A stretch of DNA of 63,594 nt, counting the filler, from Choristocarpus tenellus KU-1152 (Eukaryota; Protista; Phaeophyceae): NCBI GenBank assembly GCA_964200185.2. It is 7 parts of 7 records of this genome, joined end to end, with 100 filler letters (N's around TTAATTAATTAA, not from the genome) between each part and the next. Parts side by side here need not be neighbours in the genome. Positions count along the whole stretch, not along the records: positions 34,885 to 54,805 come from CAXNAD020000433.1; 6 more parts are not named here. One strand, given 5' to 3'. Below, piece after piece: positions 38,392-52,500 of this stretch. Both the position numbers and the translations under genes were made by a program. Numbering within the stretch: the stretch's first letter is position 1; the number at the start of each line of letters is the position of its first letter. The notes below the pieces were generated by a model. The model worked only from the letters and a program-made list of their open reading frames with translations, did no database searches and had not been told where the DNA came from.

Positions 38392-41300
38392 ATGACCGCT
38401 GCTCCAGTAGTGAGCACTTACCGACCAGTACAACACGAGACGAGGCAAAGTTGTGTTAGCAAGAGTGGCTTGTTGTCGTTTCTTGCGGTTGGGCTTTCCT
38501 TGGTGCCCCAAACCTGGACTAGAACAGGTGATTTTGCCTTTGCTGCCTCCACTGAGACCGTTTCTGAGGTGCAAGCGATCTTTCGGTGCAAAGGTGGGTA
38601 TGGCATGATCTCAGCTTCGATTTGTTCCCGAAGTTTTGTCCGAGTGGATAGGGGAAAGCGCAGCTGGGCCAGTCGGGTCAAAGCACTGTCGTTCGTGGCA
38701 CCTTCTTTGCTGCCTCAACAACCCGCCCCGGAGCCCCATCTGCTTCCAGGTCGTGGAATCTGCAGGTGAAGGATGTGATCGTAAGGGAGCGCAATATTTT
38801 TCCCTCACAGTCAATAGTAAGCTCAAGTCGAAAGTGCCTGCACTCTTTCTTCGTATCATCTGGGTTCGGGTTTTGTAGGTAGCAACTATACTTCTTGTTC
38901 ACTCCCCCTAATCGGTGACTTTGCGCTTCTCGGGCACTGTATGGCTATTTCTTTCAAAGCCTTGTCGTGGCGAAGTACATTAGAGCGCTGCCACTCTTTT
39001 GTCTTCTCAAACATAAAAGGTGTCATTCTTGGTACAGATGGTTTTCCTTTGTGCCAACCTCTGTTGGAATTTCTGCTTCCTCAGGCCTGTGAGACCAGCG
39101 CCATTCATCTGTGCGATCTCACAGCCGAGCGTTACCAGCAAGCGATCTTCTGGTCAGCTGCATAACGGTAAGGACACCTTGTTGGGATAAGATAAGAGAT
39201 GTGCACCGCTACCAGTGGTGCTTCGAGTTGTGCTCTCAAACAGTCTCAGCACTGATACCATGCTGTGGATTTGAGTAGGATCAGATCTGATCTCTCATTT
39301 TCTTGGAGTTCTTTCTTCGACCCATTTGATTTCATTTTTTGTATGATCATCTCCCACAGCAGGAAAGGAGAGGATAACCGGATGTGGAGAGGGTACTGGC
39401 AGTGGTAGCAACATGGTAACTCATTTCTCTTGGATGGATTCAGTGAACTCGACCATGGATGAAGTCAGGAATATGATCCTCCAGGTGAGCTTTCAGAACT
39501 TCCGTCATTATGGAGATATAGTGTCTCTAGATGTGCATGCCCCATAAAAGTTGGCCTGCCACAAAGTCATCTTGTCGCATACCTTTCTATTTGGAATGAA
39601 TTGGTTGCACCTTCCACACTTCAATGAAATATCCTGTGGTTGATGTAGGATTTCCCTTTGCAACAGCTGCATCTCAATGTTCCCGTTACTTTATTCCCTT
39701 TATGTGTTGGTGCCCTTGTACTTGCCCTGGACGAGCATTACACTCACACACTCATTGCTGCACACACTCCAGGGGAAGGGTGGACAAGATATTTTTTCTT
39801 TTTCTGCGAAAGAGCAGTTGATTGGCCGGGGCACAAGGGGGAGATCCTGGATAGGATTACCTGGAAACGTCTTTCTCACTGTGGCTGTCCCACTTGAGCG
39901 TGTTCCAGTTCCCCTGAGTGTCATTCCTCTTCGGATTGGCACATTGATAGCCCCAGGTTGGAAAGTATGGGAATGCTAGTGCATACAAGCTATTATCTGA
40001 GAAAGCAAGCTCCTTGGTGAGCACTACTTTAGGCTGTAACCATATTGCTGTGGGCATGGATCCCCAATGCTCCATTGATATTTGTGCTGTCATCCAGTAT
40101 GAACACATCTCCTGGCTCCATTGGCATTGATGATTTTTCTCTGGTATAGATTGATGCTGACCCCTCACGCACTTTCCTCTCACCCCACACTCCTCACATA
40201 CACATGTTGTACCAGAGATCAATCAACGGTTGAAAGCACCATCACCGCCCCTGCCTGAGTCATTGGGTAAGATGGGCACAGAACCTCCTCCGGTGTCATT
40301 GAAGTGGCCAAATGATGTTCTCTTGGGAGGGCGAAAGGTGGCAGGTGTGCTGATTGAAGCTGAGCTTCCTTACCTCCTGGTGGGCATAGGGGTCAATGTT
40401 CGCCACAAGCCGGAGGTGCCAACTGATGGACCTCAACGGGGGCGGCCTGCAGCATGCATGGCTGAGTATGGGGCAACAGTCTCTGATGAGGTGAGATTTG
40501 TATTTTTTTGAGTGGCATGTAACAAAGGGCCAATAGATACTCAAGAGAAGCTCCAATGAGGGTACAACTTTGAGAAGGTGTGAGTTGTATTTTCATACTT
40601 CCATACTTCTTTTTATCAATTGTAGGAGTAAATTAGACATGCTCCAATTTGAGTGCAGGTATATAGTCGTCCTCTGGCTCATTAACCCATGGCACTTCTG
40701 TCAGGATTCAACCAATTTTGAGTGAATAAAGACGTGTGGGTGTGGTTTCAATCACCTGCTACATCTTGTTTATAAGAGTACAAGTACACAAATAGTAAGT
40801 AGGGAATGGCGTGACAAGTCTCTCTAATACAGTGCAATACCAAGGATGGAAATCCACAACAACTGAGGTGTAGAACTATGTGTTGGATGATTAGTCTGTT
40901 ATGCCATGTACAAAACAAGTGACATGGAGTACTCAAGAGCAAACACAGGGCACTGAAAGAGTAGGAAGGACTGAAATCCAATTTGTGATTGCAGGTTGTA
41001 TTGTGTAGTCTCAAAGGGGAACATGTTAGACCAGGCTATATGTGTAGTGGTATTGTAAACTGTGTGAGCTGCACACTTATTGAGTTGGCAATCAACGCTC
41101 AACATTACATATACTATAAATACTCCTATTTTTGTAGCACTCTGTAGAAAGCCACACGACTCTTCAACATTTTTTAGCAGTGTAAAGTACCCTCAACAGT
41201 TGCTATAGCCACTTTGACTCCATGGTGTGCGTTAACAGGTGGAATGGACGTATTGGTATAATTCTAACTCTGTACTTAATGTGGTGCATATGCTACCACC

Positions 41301-41589
41301 CAGAAAGCGCTCTTATTTGTCAGCTCCTGTTGCTCTTGTCCTCATACAGGCAGTCCAGGAGTTATCCATGGCATTGGCAGCTGCATTGTGTAAGTGGGTT
41401 AGTGGGGAAGATTCAGCGCAAATGGCTCTATCTGATTGGGAAGAGTGGGTAGATTGGAAGTTACCCATGGAAGTTAGAGATGAGAGACGACCGGTGACAC
41501 CATTGGGTGTTGCACCAGATGGCCGATTGCGGGTACAGGATGTGGCAACAGGAAAGGAGGAGCTGCTTACCACAGAGTATTTATTGTGA
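38392..41589 (+). CDS. Biotin--protein ligase (BirA/holocarboxylase synthetase family) with N-terminal extension
   Basis: Exons at about 38392-38765, 39360-39484 (SVNSTMDEV), 39773-39956 (AKEQLIGRGTRGRSW..PGNVFLT), 40217-40490 (LKWPNDVLLGGRKVAGVLIE..VGIGVNV) and 41350-41589 (GVAPDGRLRV..EYLL*). Confidence 0.93.
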
Positions 41590-43503
41590 TACAAAGACAG
41601 AGTTGCATGTCATACTGGACTATCTCAAGTAGTGCCTGTATCCTGTAAATGCAATGATGCTATTTAGGGACTGATCTACTGTACACTGCTTCAGAGTATT
41701 TGGATTGTTTAGCATCACCCTTTAAGTATTGAAGGATGATGTGCACTACTGTTGTATCACACCTTGCAACAGAATTTTGACAACTATACCAATGCAGCCT
41801 TGTGTTGACACTCCATATCTCTATTACTTAGAGTTAGTTTCCCCTATGTATGTCTTATGTTGGTAGATTAAATCACTCCGGCAACTCTACAGTACACCAA
41901 TGCCAATTAGTCCATAGATTCTTCCAAGTATAATATTCCCTCCATAAAATCCGCCTCTCCTTGAGGCTAATAGTTATATTAGAAGCATGGAGGAATTATG
42001 TCATCTAATCAACTTTGAGGAGAGAAAAAGAGGGATTATCTCAAGACCTCAAAGACTTGACATTTGACCAGTGGCATGACCTGTAGTATTTTTTCCCAGT
42101 ATGTATATATATATTGAAGAATTGGGGTTGCAGGAAATAAGAATGAATCAACACCCTTTGTCACCTATTGACAATGCCATGAGCAAGTACCTTGAATCTA
42201 ACTGAGAACAACCGTTGGTTTTTGTCAACTATAGAGGTCCACCTGTTCCACTATGGTTGATAGTTGCTTGACTGTGTGCCATAAGACCAGGGAACTATCT
42301 CAATATTTGACACTCTTGACATTTACCACCCTGTGTTGACCACATAAAGCCCACATAAAACTCTGTCCCTTGTTTAACGGTTGCCATTTCCCCTTTTTCT
42401 TCTCAGTAGTCAGCATCTTCCCTTCCGTTCTGTCTTGTATTCCTCGTTTTATAGCCATTCTTGTCTACTTAATGTTACTCATAATATCGTTCCTTTCCAC
42501 ACCAGATCATTGACCCAATAGTCATAAAAGAACAGAGTATTACCACATTGCTCTAATCAACATAATACCTCAAGGTGAGCATTATTGTTGAGATAACTTA
42601 ACATGTACTGTAACATTTTGTGGATGATGGCACAACTATCTCACACGCAGTTCAAAGTGCACGTAGGTTATCACACTATTTGCAGATCAGTCTGGTGCAC
42701 AGCATTCCTGTCAGCCCTCACTCACGTGTCCATAAAGAAAATTGAGATCAGGAAAGACAGATGCAATCTTACTCAATGTATGCACCACCTTTCACATCAA
42801 GTGTTGACCTACATATCATACCCTTCCCAAGTACTTACTTTATTATGGACACTCTGAGTGTTGTGGTTTCCCAACTTGTCAACAAAGCTTTACTCCATGT
42901 TTGTGATCACCGTTGTGATCTTCACCAAGACTGTCAGCAGTAGTATTAATCCAAACCCTTGCAAGGCCCAGTTGTCCACTCTTTAACTGCAACACTGATA
43001 TTACCAGTGTGAACCTGCCTTGAAAGAGATCCAACATGATGCATGAACAAGGTTGCCCCTTCTCTCTTCAAGTACATACATTTCCAATTGGTGCACAAAA
43101 TGCTCATCAGTCCTTACTAAACATACTTGAGGTAATCAAAGTTGGTGAAAAGACATTTGGTGATGCATATCTCAGTCCCTTGGCAGGCCTTGGGTCTCCG
43201 CAAAATCTGAGCACAAAGTTAAAAGTGCCATGAAGAACCTTCGCGGAAATATCAACTTTTTTTCAGTGTTACTCCATGTGATTCCATGTAATATAGTATG
43301 TTTTTATGTGTGATGAGTGAACTCTACCTCTTCATCTTGGGATTGCTCGTATATCTCAGACACTTGTGTTATACACCACGCATACATATGAGGAAAAATC
43401 TCATGCACACCCTCCAACATGTGTGCCCCCCTTACCTGATAAGAGATATCTACCATAGACAACTATTGCTCTCCACCCCAGTAATATTTTAGCCCTGCTT
43501 AAA

Positions 43504-46500
43504 TCAAGTTTCACCCCCAAGGTTTGTAAACAAGTCTCTTCCACAATCAAGAGCATGTAGGTCCTGGGGTGTCTCAATCCGAACTGCGCGGGGATATGTG
43601 CTCAATGCACATAACCCATCTCCTTTTACTGTCGGTGTTGATGTCAAGGTCATCGTACAAGCCTCCGTTTCTAAGAATGTCTCAAGTGCCTTCCACTCCT
43701 CTTCCGCATTGTAGCTTGCCATGCCTGCTACCATTACAGTAAAGCATGGCTTCCAAGTTGGCTGTGACGCTGACAGGAAAAACCTAAATAACAATGGGGT
43801 TAGGCAATGGAGACCAACGGAGGTGCCATGTGAAACGCAGAACAAGGAAGAGCATTCCAAACTCAATGGTTTCCATTGATGAGTAACGAGTCTTACATCA
43901 GGAGATGATGCAGGTCAACAGTGCTGCTCTCTCCACACAAGAGTGACTGTGCAAGCATCCTTGACCTTGATGCAGGACATACAATCAAGTGCAACTACAA
44001 TGAATGCACAAAAGAAGACCTACAAACACACCATGGCCCATCCGCATTTGCTGCAATGTATTGCTCAAAAAGTACATTCTACTTTCAAGCAGTTGAAAGC
44101 AAGCACCACCTCTCAACAGCAATAGCACAATCAAATTCCTACAGTGTAGGTCATGTGGAAAAGGTGAAAAAAAGGACGTACTTATCCGGTATGCATGCTC
44201 TCAATGCTACAGCAGAGGTCGTACCCAAACTGTTCTTGATTGACACTCAAGGGAAAAGTCTCAATGTCTATGTGAAGTTCATGTTAATCATAATAACGCA
44301 CCACTCTTGATATGCCTTCAACACAGAACTGTGTGTTACACCAGTCAAAGCCCGCGCCTCAATAATGTTGACATGAAAACAGCAACGACGGGAGTTGATC
44401 TCTGACCAGTGTCTCTCCGCTTCCTCAATAAGAGCATTATCCTTCTGCAGCTTGTTAGCTGCAAGGGAGGACATGTGCATTGAGAATGTCTCCAATTCCA
44501 TGGCGGCCTTGTTAGCAGCACCCATGGAGCAGAGTCAGTCATCAGGATGGGAAATATGGGTGCTGATGGGAAAGGCTACGTATGAAATAGGTGTAACTGA
44601 GTTGCTAAACAAACATACTAAAAAGCAGAAGTGGTTTTCAACTGTGATTTCACCGCAGAAAACATGCCACCCCACCCTCTTCCACAAGAGATATATTTTT
44701 TTCTACTGATCAAAGGATACTGCTTTAACTTTCCCAAGGGCTGTGAGGACACATAACCCCCATGGAGTGTAAGTTTGTTAGACTAGTGACAGTTAATCTT
44801 GGAAGTGCACTCCAGCAATGAAACTGCCACAAATATTATGGTACCAGTTGATAGTCAGTGATGTGAGAATGAGTATGTTCGATTTTCTGGCAACGGAAAT
44901 CACGAGGTGCATTAGTTGATCCACTCTTGATGATGAACTGTAGTTATTTTAACTTCCAATTTTATCAGTTCTGTTATCACATACTGACTATGATGTAGTG
45001 GTCAAGAACTACTTCCATCAAGACCATCACTCTGACCTTACCTGGACAGCTTGAAATATGAGCCCACCACAAAACAACCAATTGGATAAACAAGTAGTAG
45101 CATATAAAAACTGTATCTATATATATATATCTTCTACCTCTGTATACATCCAACCACACTCCCATTGATTTGAGGCCAACTACTGCTATTAACCTTCTTA
45201 TATGAAGTACTCATCTACTCTCCTTACCAATGTCTCCATGAAAGAGGATAAGAATGCTCGCACACGCTTATACAGGTGGGCCGGTCCAAAGGCAGATGAC
45301 TGTACTGTCACACAGAACCCAAGTACACCTGCAGTGACCTTAACACAACAGCCCACACTGTACCCCAGCTGTTCCTTAGTCCGAAGCTGGTCATATATGG
45401 GCTCTGCCATTAGCTTCAGAGAGAAGGGGAGGAACATGGAGCAGGAAGCATAGGGTACAGGCAACAGTGAAATGGATCAAACTATGTTGTCCTACTTCTG
45501 TTAAAAGCTGATGAGTTCACCGCAACTGGAAGATATGCTGCAGCCCTGCCCTGCCCTGAGTACTGCATCAAAATGATAAAAGTGAAGAAAAGAGTGTTCA
45601 CCACATTTGTAACAGATCATTGCTTGTATTTTGTCAAGTACTTGGAGTATATACATCCAGCACAAGTACCTCAGATGGTACAACTAAACATACTTCAATA
45701 GAATGGTCCCAATTAATAGTTTTAATTACACAACATGCCTACAGTGTACTTAAATGAAAGAGTAGAACTCAAGTATCAAGTGCAGTACTGACAGACAAGA
45801 TAATATTGTCACTGGTCAGGTAGGAGTGTCAGATCAATGCTTTTTTTTATTTCTCAACACAAGGAACTCTCAGTATATCTTATTGATAATGTGAACAGAC
45901 TGCACACCATGTTTTATATACATAGTATAAGACGATCAACCAATCCATATCTTACGTGTCCAATCCTCATATACACAGAAGGTATCCAGTATAACAAGGT
46001 ATCAGAGTGTTAGGACAACAAACATGGCAAAAACAAATATTGTTGTAACGTGTTCTATAGGGTATTGGTATATGTTGAGGTCTCTTGAGTGATACAACTT
46101 GACACAATATTACATTATTAGTATATTATCACAATGGAGAGTAAACCTTTTTGGATGATAGAAACATATCAGACTGGTTACCTACCTTGCCGGTGCATCT
46201 ATGAGTAACTGTGCTATCCTTAGTGGCATTCCCTTCCTGTCTCTCTAATCTCTCTCACCAACAACAGTAAGGACAAAAATGTAACCTCTTACAATATTAT
46301 ATACAACCCACAACCCACATCAGTGGTCCTGTGATAGGAGGAAGTGTACAATCATTGTCTCATGCCACTTTTCCTGAGACCAATCACAATGACACAGCAT
46401 CATTGTATACACCATAATAATAATTATTATTATTGATGCTTATGTTACTAATAGTATGCTTCAAAAAAGAGAAAATAGCTCCTGCAAAGTACATTATACA

Positions 46501-49500
46501 CATCATATGAGGGTCATTTACACTAAGCATTTGATGATTTGACATCCCCACCTGGTCAAGTGCATCAGCCAAGAGGCGGTCCTCGATGTTGTTCTCACCA
46601 AGCTGCCAGTACATTTCCAGAGCTGAGACGAGACAGGATAAAACGAGAAACAACAGCTTTACTGTGTCAAGGGCAACATTGTAAGGCACTCCCAAAGGTG
46701 TCACCTTGGCACTCACCTTCCAATTGAGATATTCTAAAGTGTGTTGATTGCAAACAAAAAATACCCAAATATGATACTACCATGTATATATGCACACATT
46801 ACAAGCTATACGGTCCAGTATGCAGTCTGTTGAAATGAGTTCAGAACATATGCGGACACTATATACACCTTGGGCAACCCTTTCCGCCGGCAGAAAAAAA
46901 ACATAGAACATACAGTCATACAGTCACAGAGTCATACTTCTCTTGTTTGGAACCATAATGAAGCACAGTTCTATTGTTTGGAACCAAAACAAGTTGTGCT
47001 TGGTAGATTGTGAACACTGAAAGTTCCTTCCTGCCCAGCCCATTTTATGCGAGGGATAACCTTATCAACCCTCTCAAACTCATTCATATCGTGGAAGTCC
47101 TTCAAATCAAGCACTACTTACTGCATACTTGATAAGTTTTTGTTGAGCAACTTTTTGTCTGTGCACATTGATCACATTGATCGGAATGATACATGATACA
47201 TGATACATGATACAATTCTTATAAGAAAATTTAGAAAGCATCTCTAGCACCTGGAATTGTGAAGAGCTGTGAACCAAGCACATTTACAATACTGCAGTTT
47301 AATAAAAAAAAATTCAGGCGTTTTTTGTCTACTTCATAATTAAAAAGACATACAACTGGAAAAACCGGAACAAGATTGTGTCAACTAACTACCTCACTTA
47401 ATCACCATGTAACATTCTATAGCAACTTGAGATCTTCTCTGTAGCATTCTGTGGCATCATCAAATCTCTCCACTGCACTGTCTACTTTCACATCGTTACC
47501 ATGAGACACCAATTGTAATTGACACCATGCCATGGGGGTTTTTGACATTTTTCTGAACCTTCTCACATGGAGCATGAGTGTTACACAGAACACTAAAATT
47601 TAGTGGAACCTATCAAATCTTTTGAACTAAGTTGTAATCTGGGGGGAAATGAACACTTTTGAACTAAACACCCTGAAAAAGTGTCCAATAAGACTGCTAC
47701 AGAGGAAAATACACAACCTGAAAAGAAAATAGAGAGAGAAAAAAGAAAAAAAGAGTTTAGTTTGGGTGTATGAAGCTAGCAGAACACTCAAAACCTCCTA
47801 TTTGGCTGTGGCTTGGTTGGATATATCCCAAACAACTACAAAAGATAGGTTGCACCTGTCCATGTCACAACTCTACATCAGTAGGGCTCTAGATGGTCAT
47901 ATTTGAAGACTTAAGTCTCAAAATAAATTGTTCAGAACACCAACACACTCAAAGAGCTTGACAGCTTGGAGATCATGGTGTACAGAAGGAGGTTTACATC
48001 CTTATGCTGCAATGCGACTTTGGTCAGCATGTAATGCAGCTGGTACTTGGAGTATATTGTGACAAAATGAACTTTCAAAACATGATCTTCATCACATAAT
48101 TGCACCACCATGGCATTGCCCTCAGACACTCTACTTCAATATTATAAGGGGATGGGTCCATATGCAAGGACATTACTTGTGTAAGCGCAGCTTCAAAAAT
48201 CATCAATCAACACACAAGTTGCCGGTCAGCACAAAATCAACCGTAACTAACAACCTTAACTAAATAGGCACTAACGTGAACAACTGATATGGATAGAGAT
48301 ATAGTTAACAAACGTAACTCTTTGACAACAAAGAAATCTGGACAAATTACTAAACAAGACACTCAGCCAACAATGCTGAATTAAGCTATCAATCACACTC
48401 CCCCTTCATCTTCCTCTCCCCCTCTAGGCCTTACCTTCCACCCCTCCTCAAATAGTTCAACTATTAATAATATTGATCCCATGGCATCACATAATTATGA
48501 AATACCAGTATCATATGTAATACAGCATCTATTAACAAAACCTTACCACAGTTATGTTCAGTGACATCCTTGCTGGGACAGCAATATACCACATGCTCCG
48601 AGGGTTTCAGTCTAACCACGTGTTGTTGAGGGTATGCAAAAGGTTGCCTGTCAGCACCTTGGCTCCCAGCTGCATCCTTGGTCACCTGCATGGAATAGTC
48701 ATAACAGAGAGGTGCCATCAAAATTTAGAGGTTCATGGGCAAACTTTAACTTGAGCTTCAAATACCAAACTGCAATTACTATGTTCTCCCTATACCAAAT
48801 ACTAGATTATTACTACTACAATTACTCTTTTCCTGTTACTACTATTACCATTAATATAGTGCTAACATTATTCACACACCATGTTCCACTGACAGTGGGA
48901 CTATTGTCAACAGCAAGTGATGGAATAAACCCAGTCCAGAACTCTAGATCCCCCATCAGTCTGGTATCCTCCATACCCTCAAACAGATGGATGAGTGCAC
49001 TCAGAAGTGAAAACTACCACTATGGAGCAACTGTCATGCTTCCTCCATTCAGAATTGAATGTAGGGTAACTTATGCAAGCTCTGTTCTCCCCCCAAGAAC
49101 GACCCATGCGATAAACCCTCTGGATGAGGCTTAGTTCTCATATAGACTGGGAGGCATGCAAAGTTTGATATGGTGGGTTGTCATCACTGTGGAGGATCAC
49201 CAGTGCAAAGTCAACCAAGTCACATTTGGCGGGGTTCGAAAAGGTCCTCATGTAACTCTCAAATCGTGTGTTTATTGGAATGCCTAGAACGAAGGTCCCC
49301 CATCATTGAAGCAGCTCACTCATACCGTCATTGCCCGTTGGTCTCAATTCTTCAACACAGAAGTCTGTCCAGTCGGGAATCTAACACCTCAACAAAGAAG
49401 AGCATGGTGGCACAATGCCTGGAGGCAAGAAGGCACAACACTTGGATGCCTCAGGGGATGACGGCAGCCATCACGGAGGACTTTGGAATTTCCCAAATCA

Positions 49501-52500
49501 CTGTGTTCCATCATGTGAAGGAGTATGACAGTCAGGTCGCATGGTGTGAATGTATTGACCTTATACAACGTCACAAGGGGCAATGTGACCACTGTACAAG
49601 TATCCTCTATGTTTGGGATGTCCTGTTGGTACACCACACATACTTATGAAAACGAGCAGCCAAAGCTGGGGTATCCCTTGCCTCATTGTGAGATCTGTGC
49701 AACCACAACAAGGTGAAGAAGGCCAAGTGGTGGACTAAGTGGTGGACTAAGTCGGTCCTCTCAGACCAGCGGAAAGTCAATAGGGTGGGTTCATCTTCAA
49801 CCACACGCACAGGAGGGAGGGAAGTGGGGTATTGGTGGACAATCTATATGACTGGATGCATGTGGAGAAGTGGTTACACATCCTCAAAGATGGGTAAGGT
49901 TTGTACCTGCCACCCCACTGAGGATCCCCCCAAACCCCCCGCACACCCACAGGATAAGCAATACATGACAAAGGTGATGATCCTTGTAGCTGTGGTCCAC
50001 CCTAAGAAGCTCTCCAAGGTGGTGTGGTTCAATGGGAAAATTGAAATCTAAGGTTGCTCGGCACTCCAACAAACACCACCCCAGGGGCATCAAGGCGCTT
50101 GTGGCAGCCATGGTTGACAGGGAGAGGTATTAGGTGCTTATAATCAAGGATGTGATTCCGGCATTCAAGGTTCACATTCCTAGGCCAGAAGGACACACCA
50201 TCTTGGCGCAGCATGATGGGGCAAAGTCACACACCAAGGGGGGCATCATGGAGGAAATCAAGGAGGTGACGGGGGACAGCATTGTCATACAGACCCAGTC
50301 AGCCAACCAACCTGGTCTCAACACTCCCTACCTGAGATTCTTCTATTTCATCCAGCAACTGAAGGAAGACGTGGGGGTGACCAACACAGAGGAGAGCTGG
50401 TGGAGGCCACAATGGAGGCATTGATGTGTACCCCCAGGAGACATAGCGCGCATCTGGCAGGGCTTCTTTGCAGTCTACATTGAAGTGCTGGGGTCCAAGG
50501 GTGACAATGCCTTCAAAATTTCCCATCTTAGCAAGCAAAAAGGCTGAGAAGGCAGGCAAGCTCTCCCTGAATGTCGTGGTGGATGCCACAAAATATCGTG
50601 CCGGAGTGAAATTTTTGGAAGGTTTCAGGGGCAGAATCATAGATAGGTGTAGGCTGCCCTATTTTGTTTGAGAGTTTGGTGGGCAACATCTTAGTATCTA
50701 TATAATATACCCATAAAAATGTTTGAACATGTGAAAAAAAATCTATCTTCTTCACCGGGGCTACAGAAGTTATGTTACATTTAATTCCAATTGGAGGAAG
50801 TGCGTATGTTACCCAACAGTAAGAGCATATCTCCAGAGGCACACACTAATGGACAGCAGTCCCAGCAACAGAAATTTATTCCAAGTTTAAGTCCAAGTAC
50901 AATGAGTGAATGGACACATTCTTGACAATCTTCAAGGCAACAAGGTAAAAAAGAATCCTCCAATATCAACATGCACTATAGTACACCAGTAACTTAAGAG
51001 AACAAATCATTTAGAAGTGGAGGCCAAGTACCATGCTTTCCTTCTGCACAAGACATAATGGAGAAATAACCAGGTCATTACCATCACAAACCTTTTGGAT
51101 GTCATCAAAGATTGCCGCAGCATCTTCTTTGGTGAAGTTCCCATGGACCATGCACTCCACTTGCAAGCTGACAAGATAAGATGGGTTCAAAAATAGGGTC
51201 AATAATCAGCAAGATGGGGGATGGGGAGAGAGATGAGGACATAATTATGATAATCAATACCACTATCCTCATAACCGATACACCATTGTCTTTTGGATGT
51301 ATAACCGATGTACTCATTGACATGAGTACAGGTAACACCGCACATACCTTTTTGGAATGTTAGTAGTAGTAGTAGTAATAATAATAATAATAATAATAAT
51401 AATAGTAATAATAGTAATAATAATAATAATAGTAATAGTAATAATAATAATATATTCCTGACAAACGAAATAAAGCTGCATATTGAGTAGCACACTACCA
51501 TACTTGATAAATCCCAAAGAGATGCTTAACTCTGAAAAAGGTGAGCACTGGACCGGTTAGTGCTTACTATGGTTGCACAGAACAAGTGTAGTACTGCACT
51601 ACAACGAAAAATATGGAGTACAGAATGTATATTGAGAGAAGCTTGAGATAAGATTGAGAAAACCTTGGCATTGCATCACAAAAAATAGTGCTACCATTTT
51701 GTCAAGGAAGGGATCCTTCTTCCACATTATCTGTATCTAGTTATCTAGTCCAAACTTGGTACCATAAGAAATGATACTACTACTAATACTAGAACTAATA
51801 AACAGAATCATCAAGGGAGTGTAGTGTCACCCTTTCTGAATGGAGAGCCCTGTACTCACTAGTTTCAGTTTCACTTATCATGGTGTCAACTTTGGGTGAC
51901 AACTTTGGCAAGGAACACCAATACTCTTGCTAGATCACCTTCCTACAATATCCAGTCATCACACACATTCACACCCATCAAATGCAACACACTTCAAGAG
52001 TCGCTTCCTTGTATAATAAATAGTAAGTAATATTAATATGATCTTAATACTATACATTTTGGCACTTTCTCAGGAATAGTGTTGGGCGCACCTGCTCGAC
52101 TATAACTTAGCCCCTTCCACAAACATGGTAAAGCCCCTACTCAAGAGATGTCATGAGTCTCCTCAATTAAACAGAAGTTTGACCACCAACAGGAAACCTT
52201 TTTGTTGACTGACAACCATGCCTTGCTGATAGGACACCTACAGTATGTGTACCCCTACCTCAAAACAAACACAGTCCACTAGGGGTAGGGTTAGTCATAC
52301 AACACTAGTCTGAGGAAAGGAAGATTTCCAATACAATAAAATATACTCCAGAGTATGTGATACATTGCATTACAATACAATACACTACATGAACGCTACC
52401 ACCCACACCATCACCTCTCAAAAACTGTGGCAAGGAAAGCTTCCATCTCCACTAAATCCAGCGACGGAACTGTCTCCAACCCTGACACAGATACACCAAG

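Noticed and set aside
51199-51517. Poly-Leu and poly-Ile ORFs
   Set aside because: Translation of a (TAA/TAG)n microsatellite.
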